NCBI GenBank assembly: GCA_016933985.1
Contig: JAFGTU010000432.1
Coordinates: 1 to 42,672 of the forward strand
Reading direction: 5' to 3'
Length of the DNA stretch: 42,672 nucleotides
From: Sedimentisphaerales bacterium
Lineage (GTDB): Bacteria; Planctomycetota; Phycisphaerae; Sedimentisphaerales; Anaerobacaceae
A model generated the notes under the pieces. It had not been told where the DNA came from. It was given only the letters and a program-made list of their open reading frames with translations, and did no database searches. Shown piece after piece: positions 15,453 through 24,127 of the stretch; position 1 is the first letter of the stretch; each line of letters begins with the position of its first letter. The position numbers were made by a program, and so were the translations under genes.

Positions 15453-17788
15453 TATCCCTTCTCCCAAGCTTCCTTATCTAGTTCCGGGAAACAGATTTTA
15501 CAGGTGCCCGGTTCGATACCGTCGAGGCGGGCAAACCCCTTTTCGTCCAGCGTGCCGTCGGCGACGCTCTTGTCGGGTAAGGTTATTTTATACCTTTCGC
15601 CCGGAATGGGTTTGTCTTTTTCATCCACTAATTCTATTTCAATCCAACTGGTTTTTTTCTTTTTCTCTTCTTCAGTCTCCGGCGGCTTGTAGGGTATGAC
15701 CGGCACCGAACCGTACTTGCCGGACTGGGTTTGAATTTGTTGGGCTTTGATTTCGGCTACCTCGCCCGGATCGGCATCGTCGGCGTCCTCGGCCTTGACC
15801 GGCACAACCGGCGCGACGACGCTTCCGGCCCGGCCGGGCGTAGGAGGTGAGCCGGGCCCGGAATTGATCCTCGTCATCCCGCCGTCAATGGTAACCATGG
15901 CTCCTTTTACCGTAACGCCGGCCGGATCGAGCACCACACTGCTGCCGCCGCATTTGAGCGTAATGCCCTTCATCGCCTCGATGACAATACCCATCGCCTT
16001 GAGGTAGTAGTTCTGTGTTGTCTGCTCGGAATGGTTCTTCTTGAAGACCTCAATAACATCCCCCTTGACCGTCAGCGACAGGCTCTTGGCAACCTCCTTG
16101 GCCTCCTTGCCCTTGACCTTCAGGTGCCGGTCCTTGCCGATCTCTTCCTTGTGGTCGGCATCGACCTTTTCGCTGCGATTGTTGTCCACGTGCTCGAACT
16201 TGTCCTTCTCGACGTGCAGGTGCCGGTTATTCTTGATCGTCTCGAATCGGTCGTTCTTGACGCGGATATCCAGATTCTTCTCGGCGTGGATGAAGATTTG
16301 TTCATCGCCCTTTTTGTCCTCGTATCGGATTTCGTTGAATCCCTGGCCGCCCTTGCTGGAGTTGGATTTGAGTGTCGATTTCGTTTTCTCAGAGGGCAGT
16401 TCATACGGGGGCATTGCTTGGCCGTTATAGACCCGGCCGGTTATGATAGGCCGGTCCGGGTCGCCTTCGATAAACTCAATGATGACTTCCTGGCCAATGC
16501 GCGGAATATACATCGCCCCCCAATTCTTTCCGGCCCAGACCTGAGCGACCCTGATCCAGCACGAGCTGTTCTCATCGGCCTTGCCGTAGCGGTCCCAGTG
16601 AAAGAGGACCTTCACGCGGCCGTACTCGTCGGTGTGAATCTCTTCTCCGGAAGGCCCAACCACAATTGCCGTCTGAGGACCTGGAATCGACGGTTTGGGA
16701 GTTATGCGGCCGGCACGAAACGGCTCGGTGGCGTCGATGGCCGCGAAACTGCATGAATAGACACTTTCGCTGGCGTTGCTGCCCTCCGATTCGAATTCTG
16801 CCAAGGCGATATTATAATGTGCCGAGGTGATCAAGTATTTGATGTTCTGGTCGTCGCGAGGATACTCGCTGAGAGTGAAGGTGCAGCCGGCGCAAATGCC
16901 TCTGGCGTCGGAATCAGCCTCAGCCACCATATATTGGGACTGCAACTCTTCTATACGCGTTCTGGCATAGTTCTCACCGTCGGCATATTCCGCATATTCG
17001 CCGGGGTAGTCATACATCTCGTGGTCGGCGCCGGCATGATCGCGAGTAACCTTGGCTCTTGTTTGAAGGTCTTTCTTCGTGTTCTTGAAGTCAAAGTCTT
17101 TCAGTGAATACATACCGGGCAGGACTTTTTTTGAAACCCTCCAAGTCAGAATGACCTCATCGTCGCTAACAGCCGAATCCGGAGGCCTGTACTGCACTTC
17201 TTCATACTCTTCAAAGGGTTGATGCGCAGATGCAGAATCAGCCAGCACGAGCGTATGTTTGCCGTCTTCGTGCTTGAAAAAGTAGTAAATCCCCTCCTGT
17301 TCCATAAGCCTGCTGACAAAATTGAAGTCGGTCTCGCGGTATTGAACACAATACTCCCATTCGCGGTAGTTGCCGCTCAAGGAGTCCTCAAAGTCGCTAA
17401 ACCCGTGGTCACGAAATACCTGCTTGATGATATTGGGAACGGTCATTTTCTGAAAGATTCGGCAATCCGAGGTCCGGGTCAGAAACCATAACCAGGGTAC
17501 GATAGTCGCTTTGTACTCTGCGTACCGGCCCCGGCCTGGCGTCTGCGTGAAATTACTTACATACCCGTTGAAATAGCGTGTCTTGTTCTTGCTCAGTTCG
17601 AGTCGGATACTAACATTCTGGCCTATGATGTCCTCGAATCGTATCTGGTGGTCTTCGCTGACCAATTCCAATCGAAAATCAAACGGCCGGCCGAGTTGCT
17701 CGGTCCCCGACATGGCAACCAGCAAAAGCACATCTTCGCCCAAAGGGGTTCCAATCGCCAACTCTCTGTGTTTCTGTGTTATTGCCAT
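15452..17788 (-). CDS. vgrG: VgrG (TssI) spike protein with a 138-aa C-terminal extension
   Basis: gp27-like N-terminus: MAITQKHRELAIGTPLGEDVLLLVAMSGTEQLGRPFDFRLELVSED. gp5 OB-fold: GRVKVLFHWDR...WIRVAQVWAGKNWG. Beta-helix repeats: KNDRFETIKNNRHLHVEKDKFEHVDNNRSEKVDADHKEEIGKDRHLKV. These are followed by an acidic/Pro linker and a ~66-aa beta-rich terminal domain. Confidence 0.95.
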   Translation of the reverse strand: MAITQKHRELAIGTPLGEDVLLLVAMSGTEQLGRPFDFRLELVSEDHQIRFEDIIGQNVSIRLELSKNKTRYFNGYVSNFTQTPGRGRYAEYKATIVPWLWFLTRTSDCRIFQKMTVPNIIKQVFRDHGFSDFEDSLSGNYREWEYCVQYRETDFNFVSRLMEQEGIYYFFKHEDGKHTLVLADSASAHQPFEEYEEVQYRPPDSAVSDDEVILTWRVSKKVLPGMYSLKDFDFKNTKKDLQTRAKVTRDHAGADHEMYDYPGEYAEYADGENYARTRIEELQSQYMVAEADSDARGICAGCTFTLSEYPRDDQNIKYLITSAHYNIALAEFESEGSNASESVYSCSFAAIDATEPFRAGRITPKPSIPGPQTAIVVGPSGEEIHTDEYGRVKVLFHWDRYGKADENSSCWIRVAQVWAGKNWGAMYIPRIGQEVIIEFIEGDPDRPIITGRVYNGQAMPPYELPSEKTKSTLKSNSSKGGQGFNEIRYEDKKGDEQIFIHAEKNLDIRVKNDRFETIKNNRHLHVEKDKFEHVDNNRSEKVDADHKEEIGKDRHLKVKGKEAKEVAKSLSLTVKGDVIEVFKKNHSEQTTQNYYLKAMGIVIEAMKGITLKCGGSSVVLDPAGVTVKGAMVTIDGGMTRINSGPGSPPTPGRAGSVVAPVVPVKAEDADDADPGEVAEIKAQQIQTQSGKYGSVPVIPYKPPETEEEKKKKTSWIEIELVDEKDKPIPGERYKITLPDKSVADGTLDEKGFARLDGIEPGTCKICFPELDKEAWEKG

Positions 17789-17854
17789 TATCGACTACCT
17801 CAAGTCACCACAACTTTTCATTACACCATGTTCCACCTGTCAATTCCAGGAATT

Positions 17855-20641
17855 TTAGTTGAACGAATATGTAAATTCGCTATCCTCAACTCCTATATGG
17901 ACGCGTTTTGCGGTTTTGCCTTCCATCAGGCGCGTCAAGAGTTCCTCGCTGATTCTCGGGAGCAGCGTGTGCGTCAGGATGGCGTCAACCATTCGAGCCC
18001 CGCTTTCAACCTCCGTGCACCGGCCGACGACAAGGGCCACAACGTCATTGTCATAGCTGAACGGTATCCGGTGATTCTGTTGTGTACGGCGTCCAATACG
18101 GTCTAACTGCAGGCGAGTAATAAGTTCCAGCGTTTCGTCGTTCATTGGATAGTAGGGCACGACTACAAGGCGCCCAAGAAGAGCCGCAGGAAAGACCTTA
18201 AGCAATGGGCCGCGAAGGGCTTTGCCTATTGCTTCGGGTTCGGGCATCAGCTTCGGGTCCTTGCACATCTGCATTATCATGTCGGTGCCGACATTGCTTG
18301 TTAGCAGAATGATAGTATTCTTGAAATCGATTAGACGACCTTCGGCATCTTCCATCTGACCTTTGTCGAACACCTGAAAGAATATCTCATGCACGTCATG
18401 GTGCGCTTTTTCGACTTCATCGAGCAGGACAATACTGTACGGTCGGCGTCGCACTGCCTCTGTGAGCACCCCGCCCTCACCATATCCGACGTACCCGGGC
18501 GGTGAACCTTTGAGCGTGGAAACCGTGTGGGCTTCCTGGAACTCGCTCATATTGATGGTGATTAAGTTATTCTCACCTCCATACAGGGCTTCAGCCAAAG
18601 CAAGTGCCGTTTCAGTCTTGCCCACGCCGCTGGGCCCAACCAATAGCATAACACCGATAGGCTTATTCGGATTCTCTATGCCGGCTCGCGATGTCCTGAT
18701 TCGTTTTGCGACTGCTTCCAGCGCGTGATCTTGACCTATAACGCGACCCCGAAGCGTATCCGACAATTTCAGCACTGCTTCGATCTCATCCTTCACCATC
18801 CCCCCCACAGGAACACCCGTCCAGTCGGCGACTACTGAACCGACAGCTCGCGCGTCAACGCACGGAAGAATAAGGGGCGTTTCTCCCTGCAGCTCATAGA
18901 GCTTCTTCTGCAGCGATTTGAGTTCTCTTAGCAATTTGTCCCTATCCTTGGCTTCTGATTTAGCCGATTTATCGGGCTTAGCCTTAGCATGCACGTCGGC
19001 ATCTACTGTCCGCGGGTCGTCAACCTTTTTGGCCTTCGTCTTTGCAGTTCCTTCTTCCGCCGTCTCTGCTTGTTCAATCGTACACTCTCCGGATTTGCGC
19101 AGCTTGGCTCGTATGTCTAAAATGGTATCGACCAAGGTCTTTTCTTCCGCCCAGCGTTGCTCCAGCTTACCCAATTTCACACGTTCCGCCTCAAGCTTCT
19201 CCTTAGTCTCGGATTCGCGTTTCTTGTGATCAACGCCCATTGAGCGTTCTCTGGCGATGATTTCCAGCTCTGTCTCCAACGCTTGAATTCGTCGCCGGCA
19301 GTCTTCCAATTCCGGCGGCACCGCATGTTGGCTTATGGCCACTCGTGCGCTCGCCGTATCGGTCAAACTGACCGCTTTGTCGGGGAGCTGACGTTCGGGA
19401 ATGTAACGGTGTGAGAGACGAACCGCGGCATCCAGGGCCTCGTCCAAAATCTGCACACGATGGTGTTGTTCAAGATTACTGGCCAATGCCCGCATCATTG
19501 TCAACGCCTTGTCTTCTTCAGGCTCATCGACCTTGATAACCTGGAATCTGCGGGTAAGGGCAGGGTCTTTTTCGATATACTTCTTGTACTCGCTCCACGT
19601 TGTCGCTGCGATGGTCCGCAACGTGCCGCGAGCAAGCGCCGGCTTGAGCAAGTTTGCCGCGTCGCCCGTTCCGGCTGCCCCCCCGGCGCCAATGAGCGTG
19701 TGGGCCTCATCGATGAAAAGGATGATGGGCTTTGGCGAACCCTGAACCTCTTCAATGACCTGTCGCAAACGGTTCTCAAACTCGCCCTTTACACTGGCGC
19801 CGGCCTGCAGCAAACCGACATCCAGCACGCGCAGTGTCACGTCCTTGAGCGATGGCGGCACGTCACCTTCGGCAATACGCTGGGCGAAACCTTCGACAAC
19901 CGCCGTCTTACCGACGCCCGCCTCGCCTGTCAGAATCGGGTTGTTCTGGCGGCGACGCATTAAAATATCGACGATCTGCCGGATTTCTTCGTCCCGCCCG
20001 ACAATCGGATCCATTTCACCGCTACGAGCCCTTTCTGTCAGATCCACTGAAAATCTCGCCAGGGCCTCCTGCTTTCCCATTGCAGCCGGCGCCATATCGC
20101 GGGCGCCCCGGCTGGATTCGCCCTCGGCCCGCATTGAACTGCCGTCAGTCGCCGAGAGGGACTCCTCAGCCGAGCCCCCGACGATTTTTGCAAAGTCATC
20201 CGTCAACTGCTCCAACTTGATCTTGCCGAATTCGCCCGAGGTTCCCAGCAGAACATTCTTGAGACCGCTGGTCTTGAGAATCCCCACTATCAAGTGGCCC
20301 GTGCGAATACACGATTCACCGAATAAAAGAGTCCCATATACCCATGCACGCTCCACGGACTCTTCAAGATGAGGTGAGAGATCCGAAATCGACGTAGATC
20401 CCCGCGGCAACCGGTCAAGTTCCTCAGTCATGTCTTTGGCGAGCCTGGAAGGGTCTATCTCAAAGTGGCGCACGATCCGGTGGATGTCTGAGTCCTGCAA
20501 TTGCAGAATCTGGTGAAGCCAGTGTACCATCTCGACATACGGATTGCCTCGCAGTTTGCAGAAGACTGTTGCGCTTTCAATAGATTTGTAGCCAAGACTG
20601 TTCAGCTTGCCAAACAAAGACGCCCGATTGATTTCAGCCAT
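17855..20641 (-). CDS. clpV: ClpV (TssH) AAA+ sheath-recycling ATPase
   Basis: ClpV-type N-domain: INRASLFGKLNSLGYKSIESATVFCKLRGNPYVEMVHWLHQIL. Walker A1 GEAGVGKT and Walker B1 ILFIDEAH. Walker A2 GPSGVGKT and Walker B2 VLLDEVEKAH. Start refined to ATG 20641 (GAGGG lies 7 nt upstream); the track start at 20647 is a TTG. Confidence 0.95.
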   Translation of the reverse strand: MAEINRASLFGKLNSLGYKSIESATVFCKLRGNPYVEMVHWLHQILQLQDSDIHRIVRHFEIDPSRLAKDMTEELDRLPRGSTSISDLSPHLEESVERAWVYGTLLFGESCIRTGHLIVGILKTSGLKNVLLGTSGEFGKIKLEQLTDDFAKIVGGSAEESLSATDGSSMRAEGESSRGARDMAPAAMGKQEALARFSVDLTERARSGEMDPIVGRDEEIRQIVDILMRRRQNNPILTGEAGVGKTAVVEGFAQRIAEGDVPPSLKDVTLRVLDVGLLQAGASVKGEFENRLRQVIEEVQGSPKPIILFIDEAHTLIGAGGAAGTGDAANLLKPALARGTLRTIAATTWSEYKKYIEKDPALTRRFQVIKVDEPEEDKALTMMRALASNLEQHHRVQILDEALDAAVRLSHRYIPERQLPDKAVSLTDTASARVAISQHAVPPELEDCRRRIQALETELEIIARERSMGVDHKKRESETKEKLEAERVKLGKLEQRWAEEKTLVDTILDIRAKLRKSGECTIEQAETAEEGTAKTKAKKVDDPRTVDADVHAKAKPDKSAKSEAKDRDKLLRELKSLQKKLYELQGETPLILPCVDARAVGSVVADWTGVPVGGMVKDEIEAVLKLSDTLRGRVIGQDHALEAVAKRIRTSRAGIENPNKPIGVMLLVGPSGVGKTETALALAEALYGGENNLITINMSEFQEAHTVSTLKGSPPGYVGYGEGGVLTEAVRRRPYSIVLLDEVEKAHHDVHEIFFQVFDKGQMEDAEGRLIDFKNTIILLTSNVGTDMIMQMCKDPKLMPEPEAIGKALRGPLLKVFPAALLGRLVVVPYYPMNDETLELITRLQLDRIGRRTQQNHRIPFSYDNDVVALVVGRCTEVESGARMVDAILTHTLLPRISEELLTRLMEGKTAKRVHIGVEDSEFTYSFN

Positions 20642-21048
20642 TGCCAAGCCCTCTCATTCTATTGTTGTGCCTTGAGTAGGTAGATGCTTCAAATCAGTGA
20701 TCCTCTTGAGAAAGGCATCTTTCGCTGGGTCGAAGCCTCTAAACCGGCCCTATGATAAGTACCGTCCGTTGAATTTACACAAATAACTCCTGATTAGCGG
20801 ATAGGCCTTCGTTGCCGCGGCCAGATGCCTGCTTATATCAAATTGCACGATTGTGTCAACTCCTCTTTTCCCTACCTTCCTCTGGAATAACGAGGGTAAT
20901 GGCGCGCTGCAAACAGGACTGCACGGCCAAAAAACCAAATTCTCCAGGGCCAAGCCAAGTTCTCCACCTTGCGCGCAGAATATAAACGGCCAGAAAAAAA
21001 GAAACCCAAATCGCAACCGAATCCGTGATGACACGCATTCTTACTGAA

Positions 21049-21072
21049 GGCGTCGCCTCAAATTCCGACGCC
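21049..21072 (-). terminator. Weak hairpin downstream of the methyltransferase gene (7-bp GC-rich stem, 10-nt loop, no U-tract)
   Basis: ggcgtcg (21049-21055) pairs with cgacgcc (21066-21072), about 80 nt past the methyltransferase stop. No T/U run follows on either strand. Confidence 0.2.
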
Positions 21073-21151
21073 CCTGAACAACCTCAACAGGCCCTACACT
21101 CTTTAAATTCTGTTTACTTGTCACCAACCCTCTGGAGAGCAAGCTGCTGTA

Positions 21152-22666
21152 TCAAATGAGCAAACTGGATTTGCCGACTGAGCCCAAAAAACCGCATTGC
21201 AGAAGCTTGCGAACCGCAGTCAGACATGCGGGTACCACGTTATCCGGATCTGCTTTCATACGGCCGGCTATCTCCACGATAAGCTCTCGTAGCGTTCGCT
21301 TGCCGTCACAGCCTGCCAATAAATTTGTGATGAATATGTCCACGTTGCCGGCAAACGGAACACCCTCGGAGGCAAGAAGATGCTCAGCCTGCACGACCCA
21401 CTTACCATCCTCAACTTTCAACTGGTGCTCCAGCCGATGGTGATCGTCGAATAGTAATCTGTGCTCAAGCAACTGGCGGTCGTCGTCAAGGCTCTGCAAT
21501 AAGTCTTCTGCTGCAAACGCGCGCTCGATTTGTTCTCCCGCCGAGCCGGTGCAGCGGCCTCTATCGATAGCGTGGGCTTGGAACCAGTTGGCATGCCGGC
21601 TTCGTTTGCGCATCACTATAGCTCCGGCACTGATCAGGCCTATCCCCATCTTCTGATAATAGTCCATCCATTCATCAAGGCAGCGTCCATAATCTGGCGA
21701 GCTCTGTCCAACACTGGTCTGCAACCAGTCCGCGGCATAGGTTAGCGGATCCGCAGACTTGAAGCATATCAGCCAGCAATCGCAACCTGCATCAGACACC
21801 CATCTTTGTGGCCTCATATCCCAATCATGCTCATCCTGATGGTGCCAATTGAACAATATGCAGGCAAAGCCTCCTTCACTGAGCCTTTGGCTGGCTCCCC
21901 GAACAACCTGCTCTGAAATGGCATCGCCGGGAAGGCTGGCGTCGCGAAAAATATAGCGCGATTCAGGCGATATCACAAATGGCGGATTCGATACGATCAA
22001 ATCGAATTGCTGCTCGGCGACCGGCTCATACAAACTGCCTTGGCGCCACTCTATTCCATTTATCTCGTTCAGCTTGGAATTGAATTCTGCAAAGTTCAGC
22101 GCTCGAGGATTAGTGTCCGTTCCAGTCACTCGATCTGCATGACGAACGGCCAGAAATGCCTGAATACCAGCCCCGGTGCCAAGGTCAAGGACTGTCTCGA
22201 CTTTGCGGCGTACTGTCAGGCAGGCGAGAGTCAAAGATGCTGCACCTACGCCAAGGACATGCTCGGCAGCCAACTGGTGATGAAGTTCCGGCCCGAAATC
22301 GCTGGCCAACAGCAAATCGTGATACGGAGCCAGCTTGGCACAGGACCGCACTGCTCCGTCTTCGCGGCTTAGCAGGCCTACAGCCATCAGCTCCTCAATG
22401 TCGAGACCCGGCAATATCTTATGAATCGCCGATTCAGAGACCGCCCTGCCAAGCCAGAACAGCCGCACCAGGATGTTGTAGGGGCTGTCGGCCCGGACAC
22501 GCCGATATACAACATCCACGTCCTGACGCTCATGCGCACAAGATATGCCCAAAGTCTCGGCTAGCGCCGTCTGGGAATAACCTGCATCAGCCACAACCTT
22601 CTTGAACGCCTCGCCTTTCAACGGCCGATCCATGTCAAAGACCACAGTGTTTTGCATCTGTGCCAT
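21152..22666 (-). CDS. Class I SAM-dependent methyltransferase (NPPF-type, PrmC/RsmC-like catalytic core) with a PqqD-like C-terminal domain
   Basis: SAM motif I is VLDLGTGAGIQAF and motif IV is LIVSNPPFV. The C-terminal ~70 aa (FITNLLAGCDGKRTLRELIVEIAGRMKADPDNVVPACLTAVRKLLQCGFL) look like a PqqD/RRE-type winged helix. The N-terminus has an HTH-like stretch (GYSQTALAETLGIS). Confidence 0.75.
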   Translation of the reverse strand: MAQMQNTVVFDMDRPLKGEAFKKVVADAGYSQTALAETLGISCAHERQDVDVVYRRVRADSPYNILVRLFWLGRAVSESAIHKILPGLDIEELMAVGLLSREDGAVRSCAKLAPYHDLLLASDFGPELHHQLAAEHVLGVGAASLTLACLTVRRKVETVLDLGTGAGIQAFLAVRHADRVTGTDTNPRALNFAEFNSKLNEINGIEWRQGSLYEPVAEQQFDLIVSNPPFVISPESRYIFRDASLPGDAISEQVVRGASQRLSEGGFACILFNWHHQDEHDWDMRPQRWVSDAGCDCWLICFKSADPLTYAADWLQTSVGQSSPDYGRCLDEWMDYYQKMGIGLISAGAIVMRKRSRHANWFQAHAIDRGRCTGSAGEQIERAFAAEDLLQSLDDDRQLLEHRLLFDDHHRLEHQLKVEDGKWVVQAEHLLASEGVPFAGNVDIFITNLLAGCDGKRTLRELIVEIAGRMKADPDNVVPACLTAVRKLLQCGFLGSVGKSSLLI

Positions 22667-22863
22667 TTTGATTCGTATCCTCTTCTACACTAAGATTCTC
22701 GATACCAAGGCCGAAACCGCTGACTCCGGACGCGATCACGAGTTCGCTAACTGATAAGCCCCATCAATCCAGGCACCGCCAACGTTTCCGCAAAAATCCT
22801 CGATGTAAGACTGAATAACCTACCTCACGTGCCGCCATTCGTTGCTTCATTTGCCGCCTTCGT

Positions 22864-23592
22864 TCAAGCGGTCTTAAATAAATCGAAGTTTTTCGCATAC
22901 TCTTGGTAAACGGCCTTGGGCTTTGCGGCGCTAAGATGTGTGGAGTCAGTCAATAAGTAACCCTGACCGAAACCAGTTGGTTTCTCAGCCGAGAGCACTG
23001 CCAAAACGATTTTCCCGTTGTTGGCAAACAGGTAATTCGCAAGATTCGTGTACTTGGGATCGGCTCTTGCCACATGCCATTCGAGGCATTCTTCTTTGGA
23101 ATCATAGATTTGGCCAAAAGTAGGGTCGTAGAAACGATTCCCGTATTTTTGAACATGATGCTCCTTAAAATAGCAGCGGTTCTCGTCGACATAGCTATTT
23201 GCGCTGCGTCTCACGTTGCCGTGGGCCCTGCTGTCAAAACAGCAGTAGCCCTGCTTGGTAATGAAAGAGCCTATGCACTCCTTCGCAAACTTGAATCCCC
23301 GGTTTGTCTCGAAGTGGAGGAACACATCAATTGTCAGTCCGACGAACGCATTACACAGCGCCTCACACATGATCGATCCGCTTGCCTCGGCCTTGAGAAG
23401 ACTGTTTGAGGCAGACATCGGCGAACTTGCAACGTATGCCCATTTACTGTCTCTAAGATAATGCACGAAATTCCAGAAGATCATTTCCACTCCCTGTTGC
23501 TCGTCTTTCTTGACCCACCACTCAATCGTGTCTCGGCTAAGGCGACCTTTGTCCACGATTTTCTTCGAGAGCTCATGTTTCAGGTCCGGCAT
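22864..23592 (-). CDS. Hypothetical 242-aa protein with a papain/transglutaminase-like Cys...His...Asp arrangement
   Basis: AAGGAG lies 8 nt upstream of ATG 23592. GSIMCEALCNAF (Cys76/Cys80 at a putative helix N-terminus) is followed by EHHVQKYGNRFYDPTFG (His145/146 and Asp156, 10 aa apart). This resembles the C / H-x(10-12)-D-P-T core of transglutaminase-like/NlpC-P60-type hydrolases. No signal peptide. Confidence 0.5.
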   Translation of the reverse strand: MPDLKHELSKKIVDKGRLSRDTIEWWVKKDEQQGVEMIFWNFVHYLRDSKWAYVASSPMSASNSLLKAEASGSIMCEALCNAFVGLTIDVFLHFETNRGFKFAKECIGSFITKQGYCCFDSRAHGNVRRSANSYVDENRCYFKEHHVQKYGNRFYDPTFGQIYDSKEECLEWHVARADPKYTNLANYLFANNGKIVLAVLSAEKPTGFGQGYLLTDSTHLSAAKPKAVYQEYAKNFDLFKTA

Positions 23593-24021
23593 GGCAATGA
23601 CTCCTTCTTGTTGGTAAAAAGCGTTTTCAGCGGCGGTCGAAAGCCTATATTACCGCTTGACACCGCACACTCTGATCCGCCTGCGGGTCTCGGGTACACT
23701 TAGCAAGAAAAGTTGGCAACGAGGTCGTTCACAGGGCTGCGCCAAGCATTCCTTCAAGCTCACTTGAGATATTCCAAATCTGTGGCACCTGCGGCTATCC
23801 TGGGCCCACGGGCAGCAAAGGTCAAGGGAAAACTTACGAATAAGGGCCCTATGCGTGTTGGAATACCCAAGGCTAAGAATCGCAAGCCCTTACATAACAA
23901 AGACTTATCCAATCTGGTCCAAAAATCACTAAATTAATCAATAGTGAGCACTTATGAATCTTGAGGCTAAGTTCTCCGATAGGCTCCCATGCTCTTTCCA
24001 AGCAGATTCTGCTTCTTGGAT

Positions 24022-24068
24022 GGTGCAGTTGGTAGCCGCATGCGTGCATGCACGACGACAACTGCACC
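24022..24068. promoter_or_regulatory. Perfect 10-bp inverted repeat enclosing a 12-nt palindrome, located ~30 nt upstream of the candidate tssA promoter
   Basis: ggtgcagttg (24022-24031) is the exact reverse complement of caactgcacc (24059-24068). The 27-nt interior contains the palindrome cgtgcatgcacg (24043-24054), with GCATGC occurring twice. Confidence 0.45.
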
Positions 24069-24098
24069 CGGTTCCAGATTTTTATAAAAAAAAAGAGC

Positions 24099-24127
24099 TT
24101 GACACTATGTCGCGAAGGCGCCAGAAT
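24099..24127 (+). promoter_or_regulatory. Candidate sigma70-type promoter for the tssA-tagF arm
   Basis: TTGACA (24099-24104), a 17-nt spacer, then CAGAAT (24122-24127). It is preceded by an A9/T-rich UP-like tract (tttttataaaaaaaaa, 24079-24094). This implies a ~235-nt leader to the tssA ATG at 24369. Confidence 0.3.

Noticed and set aside
16031-16756. 241-aa plus-strand ORF (with the overlapping 129-aa ORF) inside vgrG
   Set aside because: It is antisense to a confidently identified VgrG. The sequence is low-complexity and Leu/Val/Asp-rich, as expected for the mirror frame of the gp5 beta-helix repeats. It has no SD.
20750-21047. 94-aa, 64-aa and 60-aa overlapping ORFs in the clpV upstream gap, one with a hydrophobic N-terminus (FLFFWPFIFC)
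   Set aside because: They are mutually overlapping in three frames, lack an SD and have a poor lipobox. The sequence is not protein-like. The region is treated as non-coding.
23783-23798. TGGCAC motif resembling a sigma54 -24 element upstream of tssA
   Set aside because: The expected -12 TTGC element is absent at the correct spacing (the sequence reads TGGCACCTGCGGCTAT). No bacterial enhancer-binding protein gene is present in the locus.
24022-24080. tRNA-like strings (gcagttggtag resembling a D-loop, ggttccaga resembling a T-loop)
   Set aside because: No cloverleaf can be drawn. There is no acceptor stem and no 7-nt anticodon loop. The region folds instead as one long hairpin with a nested palindrome.
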